64,000 bases of DNA. It comes from Schmidtea nova. Its lineage: Eukaryota. The stretch is from contig CM097884.1 of assembly GCA_044892505.1 (NCBI GenBank), positions 47,864,001 through 47,928,000 of the forward strand, read 5' to 3'. The translations under genes were made by a program, and so were the position numbers. How positions within the stretch are numbered: position 1 is the first letter of the stretch; each line of letters starts with the position of its first letter. The notes under the pieces were generated by a model that worked only from the letters and a program-made list of their open reading frames with translations, was not told the DNA's origin and searched no databases. This document shows, one piece after another, positions 46,440 to 59,687 of this stretch.

Positions 46440-49400
46440 TATGACATTCAATATCGGTATACCGGTAGATTTTTCAATACCGATACCTGACAATAATTAC
46501 ATGTATATGCCACTATTCAGCTATTTTGTCGCTTGAAATTTAAATGGCTTTCATAAAGTATTTTTCAACAAAATTAAAGTTACAAATTAATTTCCCGTTG
46601 CAAAGCTAAACGAAATGCGCCAATTATGTATGTATAATAAATTATAATACTGAAAATATTTTGGAAAAAATCTAATCTGGTAATTGGTTTGAAAATTTTT
46701 AATATTATTCTAGTTGAAGTTCAACTTCTTAATCATACTGGCATGCTCATTATTTAGTTTATATAATAATAATTACGGTAACTATAGCGTCCAATACCGG
46801 TATACTGGTAGATTTTGATGGGGTACTGTGCTGTAGTTCTTGAATAAAATACAAAATTGTTTAATATCATAATTATATTTTTGTTTCACCTTTGATCTCT
46901 TTTTATTTATATCAATAATTTCCATAATGTTAAGACTATAAATCAAATTTTTTTTAAAAAGTACACAATATTTCGGCACACCATTTATCAATTGTGTATT
47001 TCAAAATACGCATCTGATAAAGGCTGTGCCGGAATATTGGGTTCTTATTAAAAAATTTGATTTATAATATTACCAATATGGAAATTATTGATAAAAATTG
47101 TTTAAATTAAATCTATTAAGTGATCAAAAATTATTTATTTTTATTGTTACGTTTTTATAGTAGGTAAGATTGATTATGCCTTAAAGAGAGTTATTCAAAA
47201 TTATTGCTATTTATATTTTAAATTGTAGTATTAAAAAAGGTCTACCCGAGCCATGGCGTAAACCAAAAAAAAAATTTTAAAAGAAGACATCAAGATAAAA
47301 ACTCTGTGTGGCATTAGTTTTTGCGCGAAAAGTCTGGGAGTGTAGCAAAATGTAAAAAATATGCTAGAGAAATAACACTTGTGGTGAGACGACTAGCGCA
47401 CTCCGTACACATTTAAGGACTTCTCATCAAATAAATTTATTGAAATGGAATTCAGTTTCAGTTTCGTCTTCCATTGCTGTTATTTCGATTACATCTAAAT
47501 TGCTATTTGCTGGATCCAGAACTAAAATTTCAACTTATTTTTCGAAAATCGAAGATGAAGATATTTTGCGGAACGTTTTAACTAAAATGACGGCCACTTA
47601 TGGCTTGCCACTTCGGATTTTATAACTTACATTGAGCTAAGAAAATCACTCATAGCTAGAGATTTCGGAGTTCCAAAATCATCTGAATCCATTAGCTAAA
47701 TCGTTATGAAATATACTACTAAAATTCGAAACTCCCTAATAAATGAATTATCAGAATTTCAACGGCAAGGAAACCAATTTAGCCTTACGTTTAGCGAGTG
47801 GACTTATGTGAAAAATAGACGTTGTTTGAACTTTAATATTTGTTCTCGAAACAGATTTTGGAATTTGGGTTTAGCACGAGTTAATAGATCTTTCCCAGCA
47901 GAAATTTGTGTTAAGCTCATTTATAACACACTGAAAGAACCTACAAATTGATCATGATATCGTATGTAGTATTACGGATGGTATTTCTGTTATGAAGAAA
48001 GTGGGACGATTAATTTCCATTGATCAAATCCTTTGTCTAATCTAGGGCTCCTTAAACTTTATTCATTCAAGACTCCATTTATGATGACAAGTTTTTGGCG
48101 ACCCCATATAAATATAAAAATATTGTATGATGATTTATTGATTATGTAACAATATGCATACATATGAAAAATATAGTTTTAAAATTTGTTTAAAAGCATA
48201 CAAAATGGAAAATTAAAAATTTCACAAAAAGTTGTAAAACTGTTTTTATTATAGTTACAAAACTTATATGCCCTGTTTTTCATCAAAATTGCATTTTTTG
48301 CAATAACATAAATAAAAATTCTGTCACAAATACTCATCTAGATTTTATAAATTCATGTTTTTAAATATTTTACATTAAAATCTCGCGACCCCGGGATTTT
48401 GCTAAGCGACCCCATTTGGGGTCGCGACCCATAGTTTAAGAAGCCCTGGTCAAATTCATGGAATCCAATTGGTTGTGGTTGACGTCTTGTATAAAACAAC
48501 AGTCGTGAACTCAACAGGTGATTTTTTCCGATGAGTTCACCAAATTGTAGAGCTTACTTATTTTTGAAATAGAATTAGAATTAATATTATCAACAGTTTC
48601 TATGTTGTTACCAGTGAAATTGGCTGTAGATATTTTGTGCCGAATAGAGGCTAATCTTCTATCAGCTGATACTACCCTAACGTTTATTCTGAAAAATATG
48701 AAAGTAGAACCATTAAGTAACAATATGAAAATCTCCTTGATTCATATATTAAAAGAAAGACGCACAAATTTATTTTATCTCATACAATATTTTCATAAAA
48801 GAGATCAAACCCAAAGAAATTGGTACAGATATCATATTTGATCGACTAACTAAAATAGCTTTGGTATATTTAATTGTGCATATTATTCAGTAGCTTTCAT
48901 CCGTGCCATCCGAAAGCGAAACCATAATGTGAGAAGACGAAACTTTGAGCATGACATTACAGAAACAGCTGGACATAGTCAAAAAAAATATGAAAATGAA
49001 AATAGCACCAAAAACAAATCAAAACATTAACGATTTGACTAAGATGATCCAAAAAGAAATTTCTATATTTGAGGAAGACGTCACACGTGGTACCAACTTG
49101 AAGTTGGTATACGATTACCTTCTAACTATTCCCCCAACGAGTGTAAAAGCTAAACGGGTTTTCTCTTCTTCTGGAATTTATGTACGCAAATTCGATTTTC
49201 TTTAAAAGACGAAACTTCACACAATTTATGTTTTTGTGGGCTTTTTGTAATTTCAACAAATAATTTTTCTAATTTTAAATGAATTAATTTTTTATATTAT
49301 TTTAACTTAAAAAATAAAGTTTTTGAACCGCTTATTTGTTGTTTTGAATTGTTTTTCGACTATTTTTAAACAACGTTATTAATAAAGGTATTGCTAATAC

Positions 49401-49447
49401 CGGTATTGCTAAGATATAATACCAAAATGCAGGTATCGGATGCCCTA
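46440..49447 (+). mobile_element. Decayed hAT transposon
   Basis: Perfect 8-bp TSD GTTGCAAA (46432-46439, 49448-49455); right TIR TAGGGCATCCGATACC, left TIR degenerate. BED finger (SVWH...C..C...TSALRTHL), FSLTFSEWT, ITDGISVMKKVG, HGIQL, IPPTSV dimerisation motif. Confidence 0.9.
48043..48448. mobile_element. hAT-type MITE nested in the hAT transposase
   Basis: TIRs TAGGGCTCCTTAAACT / AGTTTAAGAAGCCCTG; 8-bp flanks GTCTAATC/GTCAAATT; subterminal GCGACCCC repeats; splits the C-x-x-H motif. Confidence 0.85.
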
Positions 49448-51175
49448 GTTGCAAAAATATAATTTTCTTTAATGTAAATGAAACTTCCGTATCTATAATT
49501 GGAAATATTATTATGCTAAATCAGTTTAGCATTATTAACATCTTTTGTTTAGATCACCTTTGGTCTTTTTCTTTTGTAATTTAGAAATTTTCATTTTTTA
49601 ACCCTTTTGTGAACAATGACATTTATAAACGTCATGCTACTACATGGCTGCAAAATATAAATCATCATTTTCGGATTTTATTTTATAAATAAAAAAATTT
49701 CTTTCAGTCAGCTGTTTTCAAAATTTCTTTGTCTTAAAAAATGCGGAAAATATGGCACATGACATTCTGGAAACAACATTTTTAAAAGTGCGTCCACGAA
49801 AGTGTTAAAGACTATAGATCAGTAAATTTTTTATTGGCACATGAATTTTTGACAGTCCTTTTCAATTGTTATATCAAAATTATATTTATCTTATTTATTA
49901 TATTCTAAACATTCGCACATTTTTTGCCTTCTCAAACGATCCAACAAATCCTACAGCCGTATTTAAATTTACGCATTTAGTCATATATTTTTATATAATA
50001 CAATAAAAAATAAATTTATAATATTAATACATTCTATATTTGATAAGCGAAAGTAATAGATTAAAATATTCATTGTATAAATGTCTTTACAAAATCATAA
50101 ATAATACAAATTTATCTTCTATTTGTACCATTACAATATTCATAAACTAATAAAAGTTAGAATATGAAAAATAAATTTAGAAACTTAAAACTATAGACAT
50201 CTTATTTTATAGAAATGTACAGCGAAAAAATACTGATATTTATCATAAATATATTTAAATATTCTCAAATCTTACATAGTAATTTGCAAATCAGATGCCA
50301 ATGATCAGTTTGTTGATTTTACTGAAAGTTTAAATTGTGATTAATTCAAGAGTTATGACAATCAAAAAGTAAAACATAATTTTCAAATACATTTTGTTAA
50401 TTTATATTTTTATTAATTATGCTAAATTATGTTAAAGTGGCAATATTAATAATTAAGAATATAAATAAACTTTTAAATCATTATGGTATTTTTCAAATAA
50501 ATATAAGAAACCATTTCCTAAAAGATTCTTGCAAAATATTTCGACAGTTTAAATCTAAAAAAGTCATAACAAAAGGGTCTAATAATTAAAATTATTAGTA
50601 AATTTCCAATAGAAGTATGAGTAAATTATCAATAAAAGAAAAAAACTGTATTTGAGTTTTAGAGCAGTCAACTGGTTATGATAGGTTTGGTCTACAATCA
50701 TGTAGGGTTTCTCATTTGAAAGTATCGTGACTGAACAAATAAAGATAAACAACCAAAAAATTTTATTAAACAAAATAGATTGTTGCTGGATGCTGCATTT
50801 CATTAACATGTTTGAACTCCATCTTCTCTTATGTTTTCTTTTTATCTATATGAATGTGCTGCTTGCATTTATTTAAATTCAAATTCTCTAAGTCTCCCTT
50901 GTTATTAAAACAACTGTTTATAAAATGTAGATATTTTTAATTTAATTATATATATTATATAATATTTTTAATTTAATTATATATAAGTTATACATCTTAA
51001 AATTATTAAAAAAAAATATATATATATATATATATGACGAAGGCACTAAAGCATTTTTTATGGTGTTAATAATGAATTCATTAGAGTTTTTTTGGTAATC
51101 GTAATAATTTTTCTGTATTTATATTGTAAATGAGTTTTAATACAAAGTAAAATTAAATACATTATTCGTCATCGT

Positions 51176-54100
51176 TGGTGGGTCGTTGATCGTCAATATG
51201 ACCTTGACGTTACTATGGCTCGCATCAACAACTCAACACATAAAACATTAACATTACCATCTTGTTACCCGTCACTATGTAACGTTGGTACTGTAACAAG
51301 TGGGTGGGTATTCGCAATCAGTGAGCGTCGTCAATACGAAACTATGATTGACCGAATATCTCCTGGGTCCAAGGGCTACCGATAGAAGGTTTATTGCCCA
51401 TTTTGTCCCTTCTTCAATGATTTATCCATAAGCTTTCAATAAAAATTTTATCGGAAATTCAACATAAACACTCTACATAACTATAAATTCATTAATACAT
51501 CCAAATAAATTATTCCGAGCATCAAAAACACTAATATAACCCTATTTTTACCAATATTGCATTTTATGATATTTAATACATAAAATATTATATTTTTATA
51601 GAAAAATTTTTATCCACATTTGAAATTTAAGAAAAATTTTAATTATTACCGTAATTTACTCCAGTTTAGAAATAATAAAAATAAAATTTCCGTTTGTTTA
51701 AAATTTCTAATTTAATCAAAAGGACAAATTTACTCAATTTAAAGTTTATATTAATTTTAAATGTAATTTCCTGAATTTTTCGCTAAATTGATAAATTAAC
51801 TATTACTATAGTTCAGATCAACAAGAAATGGACCTTTCCAGAAACTACGAAACCAGAGGAAAATTCTCCCGCCCCAAACGGGTCAATCCGATTAGAATTC
51901 GAGCTCCTATGAAGCAAAATAGCCCGCTCTACCAACCAAGTAAAATTTCGATTTTTTCAGAATTATAATTTATTTTGATCAATTTTAGAAAATTTCTTGA
52001 AGAGAATATGTGGGAGATGGCCCTTCAAGTACTACAAACCGAAAAAAAAATCCTTGCCGGGGACTCTTACCCCTCAAACTGAATTTTTATCAATAAATCT
52101 TTAGAAAAAAATTTTTTTCGTTTTTACTCTTTTTCATTTGAGTTTTTATTATTTTTATTAAAAATAAACTGTAATGTAAATGGCCTATTTGGCTGGGTAT
52201 ATTAAATTTTATATGGTAGGTTTGAATGATAGAAATTTTTGTATGGTTTTTCTGGATGTATGTTGCCGACTAACATGACTGTGTAGAATCTTCAGTATTG
52301 TTTGCTTGTGTGTATATAACTATTGAATGCTAATAAATGATACGGTGTATGTGTGTATATTGTATTTTAAGTATACGTTGCTTGTGTATTAGTATGGGAA
52401 ATGTTATTGAATGAAATGGATGTAATTTTTTGCAAACAGGGATGCAATATGATTTTTGAGATATCGTGGGGGTATTTATAATATATATATATAAATTATA
52501 TAAAATAATTTTAAAATTAAAATAATAATAATAATTTTTATATTAAAATAATAATAATAATTTTTATAATACAATAAAAAAAATTTCCAATTTTTAAATT
52601 ATAAGTTTCTATAATGCTCTTTATAAATAATTTTATAAAAATATGATCACAAAACTTCCAATTTTTATGATACACATTTCCACAATAATTTATAATTTTA
52701 TGGATATGATAATAAAATTTATAATTTTCATAATATACACTTTTATAATACTTTTTATAAAAATTTTTTAATTTATAATTTTATGAAAGTAATATAATAA
52801 TAAAATTTCCAATTTTTATAATATAAATTTTTATAATACTTTTTATAAGTTTTAAATTTATAATTTTATGAAAATGATATACTAATAAAATTCCCAATTT
52901 TATATTATAAATTTTTATAATGCTTTTTATAATTTTAATAATATAATAATACCATTTTTAATTTTTATAATATGAATTTTTATATTCGAATTTTTATATT
53001 TTAAGTATATATATATATAGTAAAAAGAAAATTTTCCTATAGAATTTTGAAATTTTGGATTTTTTGAAATGATAAAATTTTCATTATAATAATAATATTT
53101 TTGATTTAAAAAATTTTTATGGGTTTCAAATATAAATTTTTAATTATGAATTCTTAGGAATTTTATAAAATAACCAAATCTTTTATAACAATATTCGGAG
53201 AATTTTTGGTTCACAATTATTCATTATAAAAATTTTCCAATATAATAAAAAGTAAATTTTTATTTTTTGAAACGAAATTCACATAATAATAAATTTTTCA
53301 TCCATACATTTCGAAATCTAAATAAGCATTTAATCTAAAAATTTTTTATATGCTAAATAAAAATAAAAAATAAAAATAAGTTATAAATTTTTCAACGAAA
53401 TTTTTTCGACATCGAATAAAGGTAATTTCGGTTTCATTATTATTCCATCGGAGTTGAGCATTAATTCGAACTATTTACTTTTTTAATATCGGTTTTTAAT
53501 ATTCTGGATCTTGGATGAGAAGAAAATTATTGTGAAGGTGAAGGCGAAGGACGAGTAAAATGTTTTTGCATCATCATTTTTCCTAATGGAAAAGACATTG
53601 TTGGAAAGATTTGTCTTTACGTTTTCATGTGGTATTACTTTTCAATATATTAAAATTTATAAATTCGGATAAGCTACATTTATTATAAATAAATATCATT
53701 AATATAACACCTTGCCTTGGGCCAAGCCACTGTTCCCCAGTTGGGATGAAGTGATCTTGGATGGTTAGGCTATTCACCTGATTCGGACAAATGGACTGAT
53801 CGATTTACGTATCGAACCAGCGATCCGCTCAGGCTACTTCCACCCGATCGGCACGAGGCCAGACACAGGCTTCAGAGGGTAAGGAAGTAAAAAAAAAAAT
53901 TATTTAGTTATTTGATAGTTTGAGTTACTAAAATTTTTGTCGGATTATGGGAATTTGTGATATATAAAATAATAATAATAATAAATAAAATAAAACAAAT
54001 TTTTAGATATAATCCTATATTATCAGTAATAAAAGAATACAATAAATGAATTAAATGACATAAAAATAAATAAGAACTGTGTCGACATGGGAGGTCCAAA

Positions 54101-54920
54101 GGGCATGACTCTCGGGCATCCCATGCCGATAACGCATATACAAAATTAAGATAATAATAATAAAAAAAAATAAACCTTACGCTTCGTGTGGTTTCTTCTC
54201 AAAAATTAATAAAGTTTAATAAACAATAATTTTGTAAAATTTCTAGACCGAAAATTTTTCACAAATTCTTTACAAAAATTGTGTTTCTTGCCATTTTGAT
54301 GGCGGTATATATACCGTCGATTTTCGTCACCTTCACTAGTGTAATAAAACAAATTGTTCTAGAACTTTCCATTTAATTTTTCTAAATTAATTCTAATGAT
54401 TTTCCGAAAATTAAATCCATATTTTTGTGTAATAATTTTTTACAAACCACAAATAATTTATTTTAATCCAAAATTTTCATTTTTGAATCGAAATTTGTTC
54501 GATTTAATTTAATTTACGATATTTCAATCAATATTAATTCTTTTTATTGTTAATGTGAAATATTTTGCTAAAATCACAATTTTCGGCTAAAATTCTGTTA
54601 ATTTTTTCTGCATGAAGGTTTTATAACACAATTCCGTTATTTATGGGCATTTTCAATGGGTTTTCCGCCTTATTCTAACTTTTAAACGTTCCTCTTTTGA
54701 TGGTATTTGATTTTTCTCGAGGTTTCAATGTAAGAGCTCTCAGACTCACAGCTAGCGCGTTCTCTACTGGCTGATGTGTTTTGAGTTTACTTCACCTTTT
54801 GTTGTTTTTCACTTAATCGTTTCGATTTTTAATGGATATTTGGGTTAAAACTGAATCTTGCGCGCTCTCTACCTATGGGGTTATCGCTCCGTTAAAACAA
54901 TTTGTGGTTTTTGCCCAACA
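51176..54920 (-). mobile_element. Giant LTR-like unit A2 (3745 bp), probable terminal repeat of the element extending beyond 64000
   Basis: TGGTGGG...CCCAACA ends, colinear with A1, but flanks differ (TCGT vs TAAA); directly abuts a multi-ORF cassette. Confidence 0.72.
51828..52104 (+). CDS. Putative two-exon 75-aa basic ORF inside unit A2 (intron 51940-51988)
   Basis: Removing a 49-nt GT-AG intron gives MDLSRNYETRGKFSRPKRVNPIRIRAPMKQNSP...EFLSINL*. Confidence 0.3.
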
Positions 54921-55255
54921 TAAAATACTCGGGGGCCCGCAAAAATTGCGTCCCGCAATTTCTCAGAGGGGTTAAGAACCAAGACTAATCAAAGGTCAAA
55001 AGGTTGTACATTATACACGAGCTACTTGGTCGTGATCATGCCATTCGCGACAATAAAAATAAAAAGTGATAAAAATTAATAAAAAGTTAATACGTATACA
55101 TTAATATGAGTCTACATCGACTCGCAAGCAAAAAAAAAATTAAATATAATGTAATATATGTGCCTACAGCGGCTAATCAAAGTTCAATATGAGTCTACAA
55201 CGACTCGGATAAAAGTTTTATCAAGTTTATTAAGTTTGTTAAATTATCAAATTTA

Positions 55256-56050
55256 TTATTGAATTGGTTGGATCTTCGACTGGAATAGTTTGAATGACTC
55301 GGTATTGATCAACTGTTTCTTGTCATCTTCTCTTCTGGATTGTTTGGAGATCATGTTGTTCATCATTCTTGTGGCGGTCAAGCCTAACCATATTATACCA
55401 CAGATTCCGATTATTAGCAAAAAGTTAAGGATGATCAGACAGATATCGAGAATTCGTTTGGATGATAGGAGGGATATTCTGCACTTGTCTCGGTCTTGAT
55501 TGTTATCCGGTTTCGATATTTCGTTTATGTGATCGTGGATTTTATTCCTAGATGCCAGGTTTTCGAAATAAGCCTTTCTCAGTTGTTGTGCCGTTTGGTT
55601 TCCTACTTCGGAAATCTGCTGGGATAGGTTATGATGAATTTGCCGGATTTGTTTCAGACATTTCGGACTTGATGAATTTATCGTTAGCTGATCGATTAAC
55701 TTGCCTACATTCATTTTAAGTTCTTTGGTGAGACGTTTTATTGCGTCACGGGTTTCTCGATCACTATCAAAAATATCCTCGAATGTATCTCTGATCACTA
55801 AATCGGCTAATATTATCCTTGCTATTCTCTTGAGACCTGAAATTTCATCATTTTGATTGAAAAGGGTATTCTGAATTTCGACTTTGGCTTGCTCAATCTT
55901 TTCGGATAGTTGTTTGTTGTTAGAGATTTCAAATGGTTCTTTATTATCTGGTTGATTTGGGTTTAATTGGCTTGATTTCTGGGTTTCTTCGAGATGACAA
56001 TAAATTGTTGTGATCATGGCGATTAAGAAAACTTCTCGGTACGATTTCAT
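55256..56050 (-). CDS. 264-aa predicted type I membrane protein (signal peptide, coiled coil, TM)
   Basis: Hydrophobic N-terminus VFLIAMITTIYC, helical ectodomain, TM ILDICLIILNFLLIIGICGIIWLGL, basic tail; intact and intronless. Confidence 0.8.
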   Translation of the reverse strand: MKSYREVFLIAMITTIYCHLEETQKSSQLNPNQPDNKEPFEISNNKQLSEKIEQAKVEIQNTLFNQNDEISGLKRIARIILADLVIRDTFEDIFDSDRETRDAIKRLTKELKMNVGKLIDQLTINSSSPKCLKQIRQIHHNLSQQISEVGNQTAQQLRKAYFENLASRNKIHDHINEISKPDNNQDRDKCRISLLSSKRILDICLIILNFLLIIGICGIIWLGLTATRMMNNMISKQSRREDDKKQLINTESFKLFQSKIQPIQ

Positions 56051-56216
56051 TGTTGATTTTTGTGTTTCTAATAGAAAGAAATTGAATAATGACGATAGAC
56101 AATAATTTTTTTCTATTTACAAGGGCGTTACGAATTTTACAGAGGGTTATGATTTGGATGATGATGAAATATTGTTAAAGATGAGAATGAGTTGTCGAAA
56201 GGGGGATCGAATCGTA

Positions 56217-57041
56217 TTATTGTTTGTAGAAGTAATTCATCTGCACCGAGGTTGTAGATGTCTCAGGATTAGGCTGTTCTGGAACTGGATCTTCAAATAT
56301 TGATCTTAGGAAATTTTCTGACGGGTTGTTGTCCTCATGGGTAATTCGTTTGATTGTATTCGACTGGATTTTCGCTTTCTCTAATTTTATTTTCTCTAAT
56401 CCAATTGATGCAACAATGCTAAGGATCATTATGACTGCGAAAAGACTGATGCCTTGTAGAACGACTGTGATGGCTGCTTCTCGGTCTCTGACGTCTTCGT
56501 TTGTTGATCCTTGTTTAGGGATAATCTCTTTCTGCTTTTCGGATGATATCAATTGTTTTATAATTCTCTCGGTCTGATGAAGTTGCATTTTCAGTTTTTG
56601 ATTTAACTCTTCTGTAAAACTCGATCTTTCTTCGTTAACTTCATCTTTATTATTTAGAGATTTTTCTATTAGCTTGCTCAATTTCTTCAGTTCGGTTGTC
56701 AACTGTTTGAAAGATGATTGGTTTTCTAGTTGTTTCTTTAGTTGAAGATTGTTTCTTTTGGTTAAGGAGATTTGTAGTTGGATTAATTGTTGAGTTTCAT
56801 TTCTCAATTGTTTAAGGATGGTGATTGAATCTTCTCTGGATTTAGGACATTGTTGACATTGTAGTTGGATTTGCTGACACTCCTCATTTCTGATGCTACA
56901 AATTTCTTGATAGCTTACGCAAATGCTATCGGATCTTCTAAATGGATGGCTTGCTTGACATTGACTCAATGCTTCTTCGCTTCGGCAGTTTGTAATTATA
57001 AGTATCATGATGGTTGTTGTGATCCTCATTAGATTGCTCAT
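56217..57041 (-). CDS. 274-aa predicted type I membrane protein (signal peptide, Cys-rich region, coiled coil, TM)
   Basis: ITTTIMILIITNC leader, a cluster of Cys, long heptad region, TM AAITVVLQGISLFAVIMILSIVASIGL. Confidence 0.8.
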   Translation of the reverse strand: MSNLMRITTTIMILIITNCRSEEALSQCQASHPFRRSDSICVSYQEICSIRNEECQQIQLQCQQCPKSREDSITILKQLRNETQQLIQLQISLTKRNNLQLKKQLENQSSFKQLTTELKKLSKLIEKSLNNKDEVNEERSSFTEELNQKLKMQLHQTERIIKQLISSEKQKEIIPKQGSTNEDVRDREAAITVVLQGISLFAVIMILSIVASIGLEKIKLEKAKIQSNTIKRITHEDNNPSENFLRSIFEDPVPEQPNPETSTTSVQMNYFYKQ

Positions 57042-57136
57042 TTTCTATAGATTTATAGATTCAAATTGGTTTAATGATTTTTCAGATTTTCTCTTTTATA
57101 TCTTTACAGGGATATTTACATGAGTTTATATATATT

Positions 57137-57712
57137 TTATTCTTTCGTCTCTTCATTTAACTTTAACGGACTTTCTGGCTTCCAGTTACCCATTTTTACA
57201 ATCTCGTCTGCTTCTTTTCGCCTTTGTTCTTTGAGGACGTAATTTTCTGCCGTTTTGATTTCTACAGCTTTCTTTGCTTTGAACGTATCAAATTTTGCTT
57301 CTATGATTTCACTTTTCAACTTTATTATCTGTTTCTCTCTTTTTATAATCTTTTTCTGTTTGTTCTTCAATGATCGTTGTAATGACTCGATCTTAATTCT
57401 CCTTTTATTATCAGTGTTCTGTTCACTGCTTATTTCCCTTTTGAGTCTGTCAATCTCTTGCTTCTGTCTGTCGCAATATTTTTGAGTGAGACCATTTTGT
57501 TGGCGAAATAGATAATTTTCTCGCTTGATTATTTCCATCGTCTCGCACTTTTGTTCCATTTGTGCGATATATTTTCTCTCTTTGCTCATTACTTCCTTCA
57601 ATTGGTCTATTTGGTCTTGATAATATTGCTCTGTTGCTCTTTTCCATTTTTTGAATCTTTCTTTTGATATCGTTTGTTGTTCTGGTTCTGATCTTTGCTT
57701 CAATAGTCTCAT
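57137..57712 (-). CDS. 191-aa coiled-coil protein
   Basis: Intact K/E/Q-rich ORF in the same orientation as its neighbours. Confidence 0.7.
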   Translation of the reverse strand: MRLLKQRSEPEQQTISKERFKKWKRATEQYYQDQIDQLKEVMSKERKYIAQMEQKCETMEIIKRENYLFRQQNGLTQKYCDRQKQEIDRLKREISSEQNTDNKRRIKIESLQRSLKNKQKKIIKREKQIIKLKSEIIEAKFDTFKAKKAVEIKTAENYVLKEQRRKEADEIVKMGNWKPESPLKLNEETKE

Positions 57713-58002
57713 TTTCTATAATTTGAATTTTCATAACTCTTTTCTACAGTTTTATTAATTTTGTTTTTGTTTTTATCATTTTTATCATTTTTATCATTTT
57801 TATCATTTTCTAATTTTTATTTGTTTTTCATTTTTTTTTTTTTTTTTTTTTTTCTAATTTTTATTGAATTTTTATTTTTTCTGCTTTTTATTTAATTTTT
57901 TGGATATATTTTACAACTTTTTCTTTTTACATTTCTTTACAACGTTTTTCTTTTTACACTACATTTCAATTTCTTTTTACACTTTACATTCACTTTTATT
58001 AT

Positions 58003-59550
58003 TTATACAAACGTCTCTTCAATTTCTCCGAACCCTTCATCTTCGATTTGAGGATTTTCTTGCTCCAAATGTACAGGTTGTATTGGTGTTGGATATAGTG
58101 GCCATAGAATTATTGGAGGTTGATTTTGTAGGCTCTGAACTCTTTCTCGCAAAGTTCTTGAGATTTCTATCTCTTCATCTAGCAAATATGTCATATAATC
58201 GAGTTCTTCACTCAGCTGTTCCTTTTCTATCTCGAGCTCTCTCGTATTTTCCATATTTTTCAACCTTTCAATCTCTCTTTCATAGTTTTGGCGGTTTTCT
58301 TCCAAACTTTGGATAGCCATTTCAATCTCATACTGCGATTGCTGGATCGCTTTCTCACATTCGGCCTTTGTTTCTTCTATCTGCCGTCGCTGGTGTTGAA
58401 TGACAATATCTTTATGAGTATTTGTTCCTCGATATCCGTTGACTTCACGGTTTGCAATAGTCAATTCTCTTGTCAGTTCTTCAATACTTCGATCATCCAT
58501 ATTCTTCTGTTGATCATATTGCCTATTTGCAAATTCCAGATATTTGATACGAGCTTCTTGATTCCTGGTAAATTTCATTCTCCTTTGATTCCATTCGGTT
58601 TTTAATTGAATTTGCCGTCTTAATTCTTTGTTTTCTATCTCTTGCTTTTCTGCATTTTCACACAATTCTGCTTCATTTATTGACATCAGCTTCTTTGGGA
58701 ATTCTCGTAGTTTGTCTCGAGTTCTTTTCCAGGTCTTTTTCCATGTTCTTGCTTGTTCTATTAGCCACTTTATTTGATGCTTTATACTTCTTTCTCTGAA
58801 CTGTCCGCTCGTTTTCAACTGGAATATTTCTTTTCTGAGTTTCTCCGTTTCCTCATGACGTATGTCTGCATACCAATAACATTCCTCTTTCAGAGCCTCG
58901 ATTTGAACGTCTCTCCGTCTTAGTAATTCTTCCTGTAGCATTTTTCTGTGTCGAGCCATTTCCAATAAATCTTGGTGTTCTTGTTTCCATTTTCTAGCCT
59001 CTGCTTTAACTTTTCTAATGATCTTTTCTTGTTCGCTTTCAGGCTGGATTTCTCTCGTTCTCGTTTTAGGTTTCTTTTGAGGTTGTCCTCTCAAGGCAAA
59101 TGCTTCATCTCGACACTTTTCCCATTTCTTTTTCATGGCTTCATATCTATTTCTTTCACTTTCTAGTTGCTGCTGATAGAATCTTATGGAGTTGTCATAC
59201 CTTGTTTCGGTATCTCTTTTATAAGTTTCGAGCTCATCTTTTCTCAATCTTGCTTGATTTTTTAACGGTACCAACTTTCGTTGTTCGTGCTCGAGTTTTC
59301 TCTCCATTTCTTTGTACTCTCGTTTATAATTTTCTAGTTCAGCTTCGATATGCGTCTTATCGTTTATTATCTTTCGCAGTTCCTCGTTTTCCTCTTTTAT
59401 TTTGTTGATCTCTTGGGTTCGTTTTTCAATCATTTTAACGTTCTCTTGGATGGCTTCCATTCTTTGTTCATAATTTCTCATTTGATTTAGTTGCTCTTGT
59501 CTTTTGGCCATCTCCTGATCTAGGATGTCTATCAATTGTTGTATATTCAT
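58003..59550 (-). CDS. 515-aa long coiled-coil protein
   Basis: Long intact E/R/K/Q-rich ORF with a Pro-rich acidic tail. Confidence 0.8.
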   Translation of the reverse strand: MNIQQLIDILDQEMAKRQEQLNQMRNYEQRMEAIQENVKMIEKRTQEINKIKEENEELRKIINDKTHIEAELENYKREYKEMERKLEHEQRKLVPLKNQARLRKDELETYKRDTETRYDNSIRFYQQQLESERNRYEAMKKKWEKCRDEAFALRGQPQKKPKTRTREIQPESEQEKIIRKVKAEARKWKQEHQDLLEMARHRKMLQEELLRRRDVQIEALKEECYWYADIRHEETEKLRKEIFQLKTSGQFRERSIKHQIKWLIEQARTWKKTWKRTRDKLREFPKKLMSINEAELCENAEKQEIENKELRRQIQLKTEWNQRRMKFTRNQEARIKYLEFANRQYDQQKNMDDRSIEELTRELTIANREVNGYRGTNTHKDIVIQHQRRQIEETKAECEKAIQQSQYEIEMAIQSLEENRQNYEREIERLKNMENTRELEIEKEQLSEELDYMTYLLDEEIEISRTLRERVQSLQNQPPIILWPLYPTPIQPVHLEQENPQIEDEGFGEIEETFV

Positions 59551-59687
59551 TCTGAAATAATAATAACATGGGTAATTTCCTTTTGTTTATACATTTTTTG
59601 TTGCTCATGCTTATAAAATAATACTTGTATACATCGATTGAATTTAAAATCTTTACAATTTATTTACAAAGTTGTTTGATTGGATTA

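Noticed and set aside
50579-50809. Possible signal-peptide-bearing host exon
   Set aside because: Short, AT-rich, no homology or supporting exons; not supportable.
51176-51385. 69-codon open frame at the start of A2 (WWVVDRQYDL...)
   Set aside because: Stop in A1, and the differences fall mostly at second codon positions, so there is no sign of purifying selection.
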